Of a stretch of DNA of 64,000 nucleotides, positions 38,679 to 52,760 are shown piece by piece. This stretch comes from Camelus dromedarius (lineage: Eukaryota). Made by a program: the position numbers and the translations under genes. The notes beneath the pieces are model-generated. The model was not told where the DNA came from, did not search any database, and was given only the letters and a program-made list of their open reading frames with translations. Where the stretch lies: assembly GCF_036321535.1 (NCBI RefSeq), contig NC_087472.1, forward strand, positions 91,142,001-91,206,000, written 5' to 3'. Position 1 is the stretch's first letter, and each line of letters opens with the position of its first letter.

Positions 38679-39110
38679 TACACAAATGGAATACTACACA
38701 GCCATGAAAAGAATGAAATTTTGCTATTTTAGCAACATGGGCAGGCTTGGAGGGCATTTTGTTAAGTGAAATAAGTCAAATACTGTATGATATCACTTGT
38801 ATGTGGAATCTAAAAAATACAACAAACTAGTGAATGTAACAAAAAAGAAGCTGACTCACAGATACAGAAAACAAACCAGTGGTTCCTAGGTGGGGGGTGG
38901 GCAAGGGAGGGTAGGGGACTAAGAAGTACGAACTACTATGTATAAAATAAATAAGTTATAAGAATATATTGTACAGCACAGGGAATATAGCCAATATTGT
39001 ATAATAACTATAAATGGAGTATAAACATTTTGAATCACTATGTTGTAATCTGAAACTAACATAATACTGTAAATTAACTATACTTCAATAAATAGAAAAT
39101 AAGGAAAAAA
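38250..39110 (+). mobile_element. Internally deleted L1 (5'UTR head joined to 3' end), containing a (TA)n(CA)n microsatellite
   Basis: 38250-38473 resembles a laurasiatherian L1 5' terminus (aaaatggtggactagaaagaccctgagctcacc); 38475-39095 is ORF2 end and 3'UTR (aaagatacatgcacccc...aactatacttcaataaa); (TA)n at ~38627-38664. Confidence 0.75.
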
Positions 39111-39929
39111 GAGGAACTCTAAGGAAGAATAAAGAGGTGATGTTTGTGAGAAACAATTACAGGATCTACACAGATAATGTAGAAAATTTTAGCTTCCCTA
39201 GCTTATCCAGTCTTGTCAATTTTATCCACAGTTTGAAAAAAATTATACAGTAGTTTTTTGGGGGGTCACGTAGAAGCTAGAATCTCTGCTGTTGTATCAC
39301 CAAATTATTTTCATTTTAGGAGTCGAATTTGAACTAAAGACTAAGAATTTAATAAATGAAAAAATAAATGTGTCTTTACCCCATCAATATGCTAGTTTCC
39401 AATAGTAAATGTGACTAACTGTCAGGATTAACACTTAGGTACAAAGAGCAAAGGTTTACCATCTGAACAGCCACGATGAAATGAAGCATTATCTTAACTC
39501 CCCAGCTTGTGTTCACGCTCTAAAATAATTATATTCCTCAATTATAAGCACACAGATAACACATATACTACATTTTTTTAATGCCACAAAAATTCTTATG
39601 GTAGTATTTTGCATTTGTTTCAGAAGTGAGAAGTGCCTGGGCTATTAAGGGCTAAGGACTGTGGCTGTGGAGGTGGACTATCTACCCTTCCTACAACCTA
39701 TTTGCTGTGCTATCTTCTACCATTTTTTAAAAATTTATTTCAAACTTACTCACCTCACCTGTGAAATGTGGACAAGAATAGCACTCTACCCCCTCATTGG
39801 GTTGTTGTGAAGGTTAAATGAATTATTATATGTGAGATACACGGAACAGTTCCTAGCTTATCCTAACTGGTCAAAGCTGGTAGCTATTACTGTCATTGTT
39901 ATTATTACTATTTTAAAACTATCATTATA

Positions 39930-42184
39930 ATCACAAAACATATGAAGCAAACTGACAGAACTGACGGGAGAAACTGTTCTACAAACAGTTGGAGACTTCA
40001 CTACAACACTTTAAATAATGGAAAAACATCTAGACAGAAAATCAATGAAAATATAAAGAACTGGAACACTATAAACCATTTGTACCTAACAGACACACAA
40101 AACATGCCATCCAACAACAGAAGGCACATTTTCTCAAGTGCACATGGAACATATTCCTGGATAGACCATATGCTAGACCATATGCTAGACCATGCAAGTC
40201 TCAATATATTTCAAAACATTAAATCATACAAAATATTGTCTCTAATCATAATGGAATAAAATTAGAAATCAGCAAAAGAAGGAAAAGTGGAAAATTCACA
40301 AACATGTGGAAATGAAACAACACACTCAAACAACCAATGGATCCAAGAAGAAATCAGAAGGGAAATTAGAAAATACTCAAGAGATGAATGAAAAAGAAAA
40401 CACAACATACCAAACCTTGTGGGATGCAGTGAAGGCAGAGCCCAGAGGGAAATTTATAGCTACAAATGCCTATATTAAATAAACAAAAACAAAAACACAA
40501 AGATCTCAAATTTATAACCTAATGGTACAGTTTGAGAAAATAGAAAAAACACAAACTAAGCTAAAAGCTAATGAGAGAAGGAAAAAATAAAGACTAGAGC
40601 AGAGCTAAATAAAGTAAAGAATAGAAAAATAAGAGAGAAACAATGAAACAAAGTGTTGGCTCCTTGAAAAGAAAAACAAAATTGACAAACCTTTAGCTAG
40701 ATTGACAAAGAAAACAAGATGACATACAAGTATTTAAAATTAAAAATAAAAGTGGGATATTACTGATGTTATAGAAATAGAAAGGATTATAAGCGAATAC
40801 CATGTACTACTGCACATCAGCAAGTTAGATAACCTAAATGAACTGGACAGATTCCTAAAAACATACAAGTTACCTAACTGATTCAAGAAGAAATAGAAAA
40901 TCTTTACTGATTCAATGTCTAAAGGTCTGTTACCGAAAAACCTCCCAAAAAAGAAAAATCCAGGAGCAGATGGTTCCACTGGTAAATTCTACTAAGCATT
41001 TAAAGAAGGATCAACACAAATCCATTTCAAGCCCTTCCAAAAAAATAGAAGTGAAGGAAACACTTCCTAACTTATGAGAATAGCGTTACACTGATACCAA
41101 AGCCAGATGAAGACATCACAAGAAAATTACAGACCAGTTGATGCAAAAATCCTCAACAAAATACTAGCAAACTGAATCCAACAGCATATTGAAAGGATTA
41201 TACTCCATGACCAACTGGGATTTAACCCAGGAATGCAGTAGTTCAGTATAAGGGAAAATGAATAAATGTGATATATCACATTAATAGAATAAAGGGGGAA
41301 AATTCACATGATAATCTTAATTGATGCAGAAAAGGCATTTGACAAAATCTAACACCAATTCATGATAAAAGTGCTCAGAAAACTATGCTTAGAAGAGAAC
41401 CTCCTCAATACAGTAAACAGCATTTTAAAAAAACCCACAGCTAACACCATACTCAATGGTGAAAGACTAAAAGCTTTCCCGCTAAGATAAAGAGCAAGAT
41501 AAGGATGCCTGCTTTTACCACTGCTAGTCAACACTGTACTAGAAGTTCTAGCCAGAGCAATAGAAAAGAAAAAGAAATATACGGAATCCATATTGGAATG
41601 GAAGAAGACCATCTCTGTTCTCAGATAACATAATCCCATATATAGAAAATCCCAAACAATTCACATGAAAGCTACTACAGCTAGTAAACAAATTCAGCAA
41701 ACTTGCTGGGTTTAAGAACAGCACACAAAACCCAGCTGTGTTTCTATGCTCCAGCAGTGAACAATGTGACAAGGAAATTAAGAAAGCAATTCTATTTACA
41801 ATAAATAGCATCTAAAATAAAGCACCTGTAACAAATGTAACCAAGGAAGTGAAAGACTGGTACACCAGAAAGTACAAAACACTGCTAAAAATATTTTAAA
41901 GGAGACCTACATACATGGAAAGACATCCTGTGTTCAAGGATAAGAAGACTTAATATTGTTCACATGTCAATACCAAAGTCATCTACAGATTCAATGCAAT
42001 ACCTATCAAAATTCCAACAGCTTTTTTTTTTTTTTGCAGAAATGAAGGAGCTGATTCTGAAATTCATATGGAATTTCAATGGATCTGAATAGCCAAACTA
42101 ATCTTGAAAAGGAACAAAATGAGATGACTATTCAACTTCCCATTTTCAAAAACCTGCAACAAAGCTGCAGCAATCAAAACAGTC
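39930..42184 (+). mobile_element. Degenerate L1 ORF2 fragment (endonuclease to RT)
   Basis: FSSAHGTYSWIDHML, LWDAVKA, ILIDAEKAFDKI, IYRFNAIPIKIP motifs; frameshifted. Confidence 0.9.
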
Positions 42185-42435
42185 TGGGGGTGGGAAGGGA
42201 TAAATTGGGAGTTCGAGATTTGCAGATACTCACTACTATATATAAAATAGATAAAGAACAAGTTTATACTGTATAGCACAGGGAACTATATTCAATATCT
42301 TGTAGTAACCTATAATGAATTCAAGAATATGAAATGAAATACATGTATGCACATGGATGACTGAAACATTATTCTGTACACCAGAAATTGACACAACATT
42401 CATTGTAAGCTGACTATACTTCAATTTTTAAAAGT
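42185..42435 (+). mobile_element. Lineage-specific L1 3' end
   Basis: gggataaattgggagttcgagatttgcagatact...acaccagaaattgacacaacatt...gactatacttcaatt. Confidence 0.8.
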
Positions 42436-44174
42436 TTAAAAGATGTTTTTTCCTTGATCAAGACTATGTCCCAAGTCCCAGCAGATAATGTGTCATACCA
42501 CTGTCCACAAGATGCCAAGATCATTTTAGTTCAAATCTCCCATGTAAAGGATATTCCTTTAAAGTATGTTTGGAATTATCTAAATTTGTTTTGGATAGAA
42601 AAAGGTAAAACCAAACGATGGGTTCTGAATTAAGCTTTTGCAGGAAAAAAAGGCCTCATGTTTTTCTTCCTCCCCTTGCCAAAACAGATACACAGACCAT
42701 ACCAACATGTTTAAAGGTTCAGATATGGGAAAATGTCTTGTTTAAAAATGAAAATATGCTTCCCTAGGACCAGGTGGTGTTCGAATCAGCTCTCTTGGCC
42801 TTGACAGTTCTCAGCTTCTCTCCTGCTTTGCTAGCCTGTATCACTGAGGTCTCAGCATGCCTGGAAGGCAAATTTAAGATGCCTACTGAATAGATTATAA
42901 ACCTAAAGTAATATACTGGAAATCTTAGCTCTGTTCATCTATCTACATGGATGGGTTGCTTTACCAAAATATTTATATATACTTCAATTAAGGAGATATC
43001 AAATAGTGAATATAATGATTATTTACACAGAGATATACATGTACAGGAGTATCATTAGGTTTTGAAGTAACACATCATCTCTTAGAAAAGCACAGTTCAG
43101 TCTACAGAATTGAATGTCTTATGATGTGACTTAAGGATTGTCACGTTGGTTATAGGCAACTGAATATTGAAGATGTTCAACTAAAAATTTGAGGATATGT
43201 GAATTTAGAGAGACACAAAGGTTAATCAGCTAACCATTATGCACTGTGCTAAATTTAAGGCCGAGGAAGCTTAAACAAAACATGTTCTATCTACCGAAGG
43301 GTTCCCTTGCCTAAATGAATTACCACTTCGTATACAATTAAAGGTTGTATCTCTTAAAAGAGCATGCCCCCACTCTTTTTCTATACATTTTTTTCAGTAG
43401 AGCCAGATGAAATGACACCTGAGATGAAATTATTTGGCCAATCAGTTTGTGTCCTCTGCTGCAAATCTTGACTGAACTCAAAACCATTATTAACATAAAA
43501 TGATATTATGGCATTACCCTCCAGTCATATAAGATGTCACCATTGGGGGGAAGCTGGGTGAAGGGTTCATGAGACTCTCCATACTATTTTACCACTTTCC
43601 TGTGAGTCTACAATTACTTCAAAATAAAAAAGTTTTTAAAATGCTATCAAAGATACCCAAACCGTAACCCTGTGCTCCAAAGTGACTCACTGAATGCTGC
43701 ATCCATACTAGATCTTCCAATTTTCACAATGTTGCTACAAATACTCATTTATAAAAGAGTGCTCTGTAATGCTGACTTTCAAAAATCTAAATGACAACCA
43801 AGTGAACCTCATGTTAATACAAAGGAATCAATCTAATTTCCACTTTAATTTTAAACCTAATTATTGAGATTTCCTCAAAAACATACCAAAAGTAACTACT
43901 TCATTACTTCTTTATTAGTCAGGAGAGTTTTGTAAAACTATGCTTTAATCCAGCCACTAAAAGGAAGAGGTAATTAGGTAATATGATAGAGGTACTAATT
44001 ATGGCTACAATGGCAATCATATTACTACATAAAATTGTATCAAATTAATGTTGTACACAACATCATGTCAAATATATTTCAATTAAAAATAAGAAAAATT
44101 TTAAAAGAAAAACACTATTAAAAAAAAACTACAGCATGAAATTTGCATGTACTTGTGCTGTTGGAGATGTGACT

Positions 44175-46305
44175 GTCACACTCTGATTTTCAAACTGTAT
44201 TACAAAGCTATAGTAATCAAAATACTATGGCATTGACATAAAAAGACACAGTGATCACTGGAACAAAGTCCAGAAATCAACTCAGGCATATATGGTCAAT
44301 TAATTTATGGCAAAGGAGCCAAGAATATTCAATGGGGGAAAGGACAGTCTCTTCTATAAATGGTGTTGAGAAAATTGGACAGCCACACGCAAAAGAATGC
44401 AACTGGACCAGTATCTTACACCATACACAAAAATTAACTCAAAATAGATTAAAGACTTGAATGTAAGACCTGAAACCATAAAAATCCTGGACGAAAACAT
44501 AGGCAGTAAGCTTCCCGACATCAGTCTTGGCAGTGATTTTTTTGGGGATTTGACACCAAAAGCAAAGGCAACAAAAACAAAAATAAACAAATGGGACCAC
44601 ATCAAACTAAAAAAGCTTCTGTACAGCAAAGGAAACCATCAACAAAATGAAAAGGCAACCTACTGAATGGGAGAAAATATTTACAAATCATATAACTGAT
44701 AAGGGGCTCATATCTAAAGTATACAGAACTCTGAAGTATACAAAGAACTCATACAATATCTAAAGTACACAAAGTACCTCAAATGAAAAGGCAACCTACT
44801 GAATGGGAGAAAGTATTTGCAAATCATATAACTGATAATGGGCTCATATCTAAAGCATACAAAGAACTCATACACTGATAGCAAAAAAACCCAAACAATC
44901 CATTTAAAAATGAGCAGATCTGAAGAGACATTTTTCCAAAAAAGACCTACAGAGGGCTAACACAACCATGAAAATTCGTCAACATCATTAATCACCAGGG
45001 AAATGCAAATGAAAACCACAATGAGATACCCCCTCACACCTGTTAGAATGGCTATTATCAAAAGAGAAGCGATAACAAGAGTGCTGAGGACATAGAGAAA
45101 AGGGAACTCTTGCCCAGTTGGTGGGAATATAAATTACTGCAGCCAGTATGGAAAACAAGTATGGAGGTTCCTCAAAACACTAAAAATGGAACTACCATAT
45201 GATCCAGCAATTCCTCTTTTGGGTATTTATCTGAGGAATATGAAAAAACTAATGCACAAAGATATATGCACCACTAGGTTCACTGCAGTGCTATTTATAA
45301 TAGCCGAGATATGGAAACAACCTGTCCTGCGATGGGTGAATGAATAAAGATATGGAATACTTCATGTACATGTGTACATTTTAGAAAATAGACTTTCTCT
45401 GTCACTGTCCAGGGCACACGAGACCCCAAACTGAAAACAGAAAAAAATGTTTCTAACTACATCTCAAAGTGAATGCATGGTGGCTGCCTGGGAGATGGGG
45501 GGTGGAGAAAATGGGCAGGAGGAATACTTGGGGAGTGAGAATGGAAATGTTCTATATCTTAGGAGGGAATTCCACAGGTGTATACACTCTGCAAAAACTA
45601 GTCAAATTGTATACTTTAAACAGATGCAATTTACTGTACTGAATTTGTACTTCAATAAAGTTGATTTAAAAATCTATCTAGGAGCTTAGAAGGCATGCTA
45701 TAGAACCAGATATGTTTCCTACAGAGAGAGCCAGCTCCTGGGGGGTGGGATGATCCCAAGGACATCCATCCTTGGAATGGAATACTACTCAGCCATAAAA
45801 AAGAAGGAAATCCTGCCATTTGTGACCTAGAGGGTATTATGCTAAGTGAAACAAGTCAGACACAAAAAGACAAATACTGCATGATCTCAGCTACATGTAG
45901 AGTCTAACACAGAAACAAACCAAAAAACCAAGTTTATAAATACAGAGAACAGATTTGTGATTGTCAGAGAAAGAGTAGGGGGAGGAGGTATCAGGGTAGG
46001 GGTGGGCCAAATGGTTGAAGGAGATCAAACGTACAAACCTCTAGTTATAAAATAAGTCATGGGGATCTAATGTACAGCATGGTGACTGACTATAGTTAAT
46101 ACTATATTGTATATTTTAAAGTTGCTAAGAGAGTAGACCTTAAGTGTTAATCACAAGAAAAAAATTCTGTAAATACGTATGGTGATGGATGTTAACTAGA
46201 CTTACGGTGGTGATGATTTTGCAATATGTACGAACATCAAATATTATGCTGTATGCCTAAAACTACTATAAAGTTGTATGTCAATTATACCACAATAAAA
46301 ACAAT
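44175..46305 (+). mobile_element. L1 ORF2 3' portion and L1MA9-like 3'UTR, with an internal duplication and a foreign insert
   Basis: [27 protein letters not shown]; 3'UTR ...gttgctaagagagtagaccttaag...gtcaattatac. Confidence 0.9.
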
Positions 46306-47149
46306 TACATGAATACTTTTGCTGCTGGGGATGTAACCCTTTGTCCATTCATTAAGAAATATAGGCCACAAGAGAGACCTTGTTTGCTTAGATTTCTGCT
46401 TTTCCTCAGAATCATTGTGTATGCCCTGAAAAACTCCTTATATACCATGACTTACTTGCCCACTTGGAAAATTCCACATACTCTCCCCTCCAGGGAGTGG
46501 AAATGAAATAAATGTGTATTGTAGGCGTAAAAGTGTCCATGTATGTGTATCTTAAATGCTATCATTATTTTAAATGTGTCTAATTTTTAGAGTCTTCTGA
46601 ATTGTTTCACCCCCGCCCCCCCAAAAAAGAGTTTAGAATTCTAAAATGTAGCTGAATTCGATTCTTTCAAAACCAAGCTAAAAATGAGTACGATTTTTGA
46701 CATGAGGAGTATTGGGTAAGCTTTGGCAGGAGATGAGCTCACAACAGTGTGAAGTGAGGACTCTCCAACGGACTGCTTTTTTATGTTCCCGAGTTCGATA
46801 ACACTCTCACAAATGGGTATTTTGACAAAAGCACCTGCTGATCACATTTCTGGTCTCTAGGTCTCCTCTGAGGGAGCCCCATGTGTCATCTCCAGCTAGA
46901 GGATGGATCTAGCCCATCTCTACCTTAGAAAATTGATGAGATTAAGTTTTATACCCCAGCTTTGAGCAGGTACCCTTTGCCCTTGGTTTGGTCTTTAAGG
47001 ATGTTTGCCTGGAGCATGATACCTGATGATTGGGTCCCCTAACATTGCTGGAGGTATGGAATTTCAGTTGATGGATGGATGACTGTTTTACTCCCTTTAT
47101 TATCTTTTTAAGCCAATGTGGATGACACAAATTTATTCCCCAACCTTCC

Positions 47150-47297
47150 CAAGGCACAGTGCTGCGCTACAGGATTTGAACTTGCTCAGACCTCACCTGA
47201 ACCAGAATTTGTGGATGGTGGGACCCAGAAATCAATATTTTAACAAAGCTCCCTATGTAATTCTAATTTCTAGCCAAGGATTACAGCTACTGGACTA
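47150..47297. mobile_element. MER5-like hAT-Charlie remnant
   Basis: ctcagacctcacctgaaccagaatttgtggatggtgggacccagaaatcaatattttaacaaagctccctatgtaattctaat. Confidence 0.65.
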
Positions 47298-48873
47298 GGA
47301 TAGCCTATTTACTTTTAAAAGTCTGGGCACTAGGATTTTGTCCTCCTGACATAGCACCTCCTTCAGTGAAATATCTGAGATCCTGTGCATGAAGCAACTG
47401 TCCGATTCCATGCGAGTGAGGCTCTTTCTCTGTGAGACTTACAAGTGTACCCTCATTGGAAGTGAGTCACCAGAGGTGGCTGAATCACATGCCCATCACA
47501 ATACATTTGGCCTCAAGTACCTTTGCATCATTAACTCTCTTTTCCACTCTGACAAATTGTGTGCTGCTGTTTTTGGCATGAGGAAAAAAAAGTTGAAAGA
47601 ACCCTCTCTCTTGCACATTCACACACACACGCTTACTTTTCAATTTTGGATTCAGAAATTCTAGCTTTTTTTCTGATAACCAGTTATTGGGACTGTTATA
47701 AACACATTAACTGAGTAATGGACAAGCTTTCCACAAGGAACATTCTAAGCTCTCTCACTCATAAGAAAATGTAACTGAGCATTTTGGCTGACTTGGGGCT
47801 GGGACTTGAATCTTCTGCTAGGTATTTTAAGCAACACCTTCCTACTACCTACCAGCTACTTCCATCCCGATTTATGGAATGCTAAGGAGCAGCATTTCTT
47901 AGGACAAAGAAAAACTCAACCCAGGTCCCTAGTGATGTTTTATATACACATATACAGTGTGCACACTGCCTGGCAAATAATAAATGCTTAATCAAGACAG
48001 TTGAATGAATGTCAGGCATACTTGGGTCAATGAGCAGAGGGGGCTGCTGGGAGTGGGGATGGGGAACTGACAATAGTCCTGTTTTATGAATGAACAGTGG
48101 GACCACTGAGAGGTATTTTTTCATGAGGGAAAGAAGCTTGCTTGGCACAGCAAGCCAGCCTCAGCTAAGGGATAAAAGGAAGTGATGGCTTTGCTGGCGA
48201 GAATGCAGCAAGCCAGAGCAGCCCCAGCCTAAGGCTCCAAGGAGGTGTGCTCTGCCCTAAGCACAAAGCCTGCAGGCAAGAGCCAAGCTAACTGCAGCGT
48301 TCCCAGGCCCCAGCACCCCTTCTCTAGGATCATTTTCTCACTGAGAAAAACCTAGAGGGAACGATGGTCCTAAGCCTTTCCTTTTTAAAAGGAACATAAC
48401 TGGCGGAGACATTTTTAAATTATCAGGAATGAACAAGGCAGAGCTGAGAACTTGCGCTCCAGCGCTGCGGAGCTTCGGCAGGGTAACCCCAGCTCCGCTC
48501 GCCGAGACAGCTTCTCCACCGGCGGGACGCGTGCAAATGGTCTGGGGGGGTCCCCAGGCACTCTTGCTCTGTACAGGCTCCGAACTGCCCTGCAGGTGTC
48601 ATTCTCCATATCTTCCTTAGTTCTAGAACCAACCCCTCACCACGTTCTAATGTATGACTTCTGTCTATGAGAGTTTGTTATTAAAAGGAAATTTTTAATT
48701 CTCCACACCATTCCAGTCTACTCTGGAATCCCTACCCTATTACCATACCGGGGATTTTTACTAATACTCTATAATGCCAAGCTAAAGAAAGAGTTGACTA
48801 TACAAGAGATTTGAAAATAAACATACAAGTGTAAATAAACACGAGGAGACTTAAAACTATGGGGAGAGACCAA

Positions 48874-49636
48874 TGTGTGTGGGGTTGTGGTTTGTTTGTT
48901 TTTGTTTTTAAATACCATTCAAATTTTCACCAGACAGTGACTGAGTGTCCTACAATTCAACTCAATTCTGACACTATCTACCTGAAGACAGCATCAGATC
49001 CCACAGGTTAAGGGCACAGTCCCACAAAACTGCAGTCCCTCTTCAGACACCGACCACAAGTCCAGGTTGTCACTTTTTCCTCTGACCAACTGGCCAAAGA
49101 TTGGAGGTTCGCACAACCTCCTCATCAGGTTTGATTAATTTGCTGGAGCAGCTCAAAGAACTCAGAGAAACGTTTCACTTACTAGATAACGGGTATATTA
49201 AAGAAAGATATAACTCAGGAACAGACAGAAGAGATGCTAAGGGCCAGGTATGGAGAAAGGGTGCTGCACGGCTCTCCCAAACCTTCCTCAACCAGGAAGC
49301 TCTCTGATCCCTGTCCTTTTGGGTGTTTTTGGAGGTCTCATAACATCCGAGTGATTGATTAACTCACTGGCCATTGGCGATTCAACTCAATCTACAGCCC
49401 CTCTCCCCTCCCAGAGATCTGGGGGTGGGACTGAAAGTTCCAACTCTCTCATCAGCGGGTTGGTTCCCCCTGGCAACCAGCCCCCATTCTGCAAAGGAGC
49501 TTCCCAAAAGTCACCGTTAACATAACAAAGACACCTTTACCACTCTCTGTACTTAGGAAATTCCAAGGGTTTTAGGAGCTCTGTGACAGGAAAGCGACAA
49601 AGACTAAATATGTTTCTCATCATAAATCATATCACA
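48874..49636 (+). mobile_element. MER21-family solo LTR
   Basis: gagtgtcctacaattcaactcaattctgacactatctacctg...agatcccacaggttaagggcacagtcccacaa...ggaaattccaagggttttaggagctctgtg...atcaca. Confidence 0.8.
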
Positions 49637-50859
49637 GATAGCAAGAAAAGAATTATTTGAATGAGAGGATAATAAAGGTCTGTTTCCTTAAGTTACTGTA
49701 CATAAATGTTAAGTGTGTGGCCTGAAAATTTCTATATATGTAGACTCTCATGTAATCATCAACCACATCAAGATGTGGAATATTTCCAGCACCTAGACGG
49801 CTCCTTTATGGCCTCTCCATGTTGGTTCTCCTCAAAGGGTAACCATTATTTTAATTTACCAGCATAGATCAGTCTTGCTCGTTTTGAATGTTATATAAAG
49901 GCATCATACAGTTTGTGGTTTTTTGGTTTTCAGGGGTGAGGGGGTTTGGTTTTGGGTTTTTGTGGAAGGGACAGGTTTTAACTAAGGTTGCTATAGCCCA
50001 GGGAACATCTGTAATGGTAGGATTCAGAGGCAGAAACACAAAAACAAAGAAATGCCGAGTGTAAGGAGTCCTTTCCCACGTCTGCTCACTCTGGGAGTGT
50101 CCTCCTACCAAAAAGCCGCGGTGCGCTATAAAACCCTTCTCATAGCAGCTAAGGAGAACACTGCTCATTTGAAAAGAGGGATTTAGTTATGAGTATAGTG
50201 TCACTGGAGGAGAGTGACAGTTTAATATTTAATATGGAGAGAGTAACACAGATCTAGCCGCAGAGACTAACAGGGTCAATGAAAGCCAGAGTGATTAAGA
50301 CAATTGCTGTGATGTGTGAGTGGAGATCAAGAACCCTTTATGATCAGGATGCCCACTCTGTACCAAGGAGCCCCAGGGGTTCAAAACAGTGCTTGGCATA
50401 TTGCAGGCATTCAACAAATATCTAATGAAGAGTGGTGGACTAAATGAATAATGAATAAGGTTGAAGAAAGACTTCTAAAATAATTGTCATATCACATTTC
50501 CACTACCCAGAAAGTGGGATAAGCCTCCAGACAATTTTCCTTTTAAAACATATTCCAGTTCTAACTCCCTCTCAAGCAAATAACTAAGAAAAATTATGAG
50601 CACAATTCTCTAAGTAGTTTTGAAATACCTAATAGCCCACTAGTTTATTGATTCAATTTTTTTCTCTGGGTACTAGGGCAGATTTTGCTAGAAAAATGTT
50701 AAACCAATATTATTTATTAAATGGATGGATTTGGATATCATCTTGATCTGCAAATATTTTAGGATCGGAAATAGAATTGTTCTACAATTTTTTTGCTGTC
50801 TAATATGCAATTTTTAAATTTTCTAACATGATGAATTCTTATAATTTAAATAATGCCAC

Positions 50860-52760
50860 CATTAAATACACTGTGGTATCCTGGATTGGATTCTGGAACA
50901 GAGAAAGGACATTAGTGAAAAAACTGATGAAATCCAAATAAAGTCTGGACTTTGGTAAATAGTAATGTACCCGTATTCATCTCCTAGTTTTGCCAAAAAT
51001 ATCACGGTTATTTAAGATGTTAACATTAGGGGAAACCAGGTAAAGGGTGTATGAGAACTGTCTGTACTATCTTTATAACTTTTCTGTGAATCTGAATTAT
51101 CCCAAAATAAAAAGTTCATTAAAAAGTAAAGCAGTAAGTCACTCTAGCCTTTGCTCTAGAAGATCATGAGTGTTTTCTGTTTATATGACCTTACGAGGCA
51201 GAATTAGACTTACCAGCCAATTTACTAAGATTAAGGGAGAAGAAAGAAAAGGATCCTGTGTCTTTTCTAAAAAGATCCTTGTCTCTTTAAATATACAAAC
51301 ATTCATATATTTTAAATAGTTGTGCTCACAGGTGTTAAGGGAGGGTGAGGGTGGGAGGGAAGTGTGTATCATTATAAAAGGGGAACATGAAGGATCCTTG
51401 TGATGCTGGAAATGTTCTGTATCTTCACTGTATTAATGTGATACAATTAAGACACTGAACTATAGTCTTGCAAGATGGGAAGAACCTGGGTAAAGGCTGC
51501 ACAGGCGCTCTCTGTGCTGTTTTCCTACAACTGCATGTCAATCTACAGCTGTCTCAAAATAAAACATTTAATTAAAAAGACTTAAAGACAAAAAAAAAGG
51601 TAAAGAAAGGGAAAAATAGTTGTATGCCAACAAAATATTGATAATGTTACAGATACAATTTGATCATTATAAGCCATATTAATATTGATTTCCTTCGCCA
51701 AACTGAACTTGTAAAGAGAGGAAATTATAAACTGCCTCTCAGAATAGTCAGAAAAGTTTTCTTTTGTAACTTATAGTTTATAATAGGTAATGTAAGCAAC
51801 CCAAAGTCTCCAAATGTTACACAAAAGCATAGAATGAAAATTGTCTCCTCCATTCCTGTCCCTCTCCTGTCAAATTGAGTGACAACCCCTGCTACCAGTT
51901 TTGGAAGGAGCATTAGATCTTAAAGGCACTGAAACAAAGTAACGTGAATCACCTGTGAATCAGATCTACAGTCCTTGGTGGTGAATAAGTTATACAATGG
52001 AATGAATGAATCAGTCAATAAAGGAATCAAATGGCACCACTTCCTGATCTCTGGGATTCCACGCTTTCAATTATCTTCCCTAACTTTGCTTCTCCACTGG
52101 CTCCTTTCTCCTCAAATATGCTCAGAGCTTTCCTGCCTTTAGGTACCTTGATCTCCTCACAAATAGCTTATAAGTTAAAGGGAAAAAAATAGTAGCTTCA
52201 TAGTGGAAAAATCCAGCAGACAATAACTTAGACGAGTGATCAAAGTTACCATCACCAGTAATGCAACCAAAGTTACCATTACCCAGGAATATGACCAACC
52301 AACATTGTGTGGATCCTGATAGGACATCCTGAGAAGGAAACATCACTTGCGTGGTGTTCCTGCCAAAACTGCACAACTGAATCATATCATAAGTAAAAAT
52401 TAGAGAAACCCAATATTAAGCAACATTCTACAAAATAATGACCTCAAAATATCAATGTTATGAAAGACAAAGAGGGCAGAAGAACTGTTCTATATTCGAG
52501 ACACAAGAACTAAATGTAATGTGTGACATCCTGAATTTGCTCCTAGACCAGGAAAATTTGCTATGGCAACACTATCATGAAAACTGACAACATCTGAATA
52601 TGGACCATGGGGTAGATAATACTATCATATCAGTGTTTCTCATTTTGAAAATTGTACTGTCTTCTGTAAGAGAATGTCTAATTCTTAGGATATATATATA
52701 TATATTTAAAGTATTTATAGGTAGAAGGGATGATATCATTAATGTACCTTCAAATTGTTC
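50860..52760 (+). mobile_element. Cluster of old L1MC/MD-type 3' end fragments
   Basis: tcctggattggattctggaacagagaaaggacattag (50880), ggatccttgtgatgctggaaatgttctgtatctt (51392), gatcaaagttaccatcaccagtaa (52238). Confidence 0.65.

Noticed and set aside
48415..48670. Four overlapping short ORFs at the CpG cluster
   Set aside because: Expected from stop-codon scarcity in GC-rich DNA; no homology or exon context that I can support.
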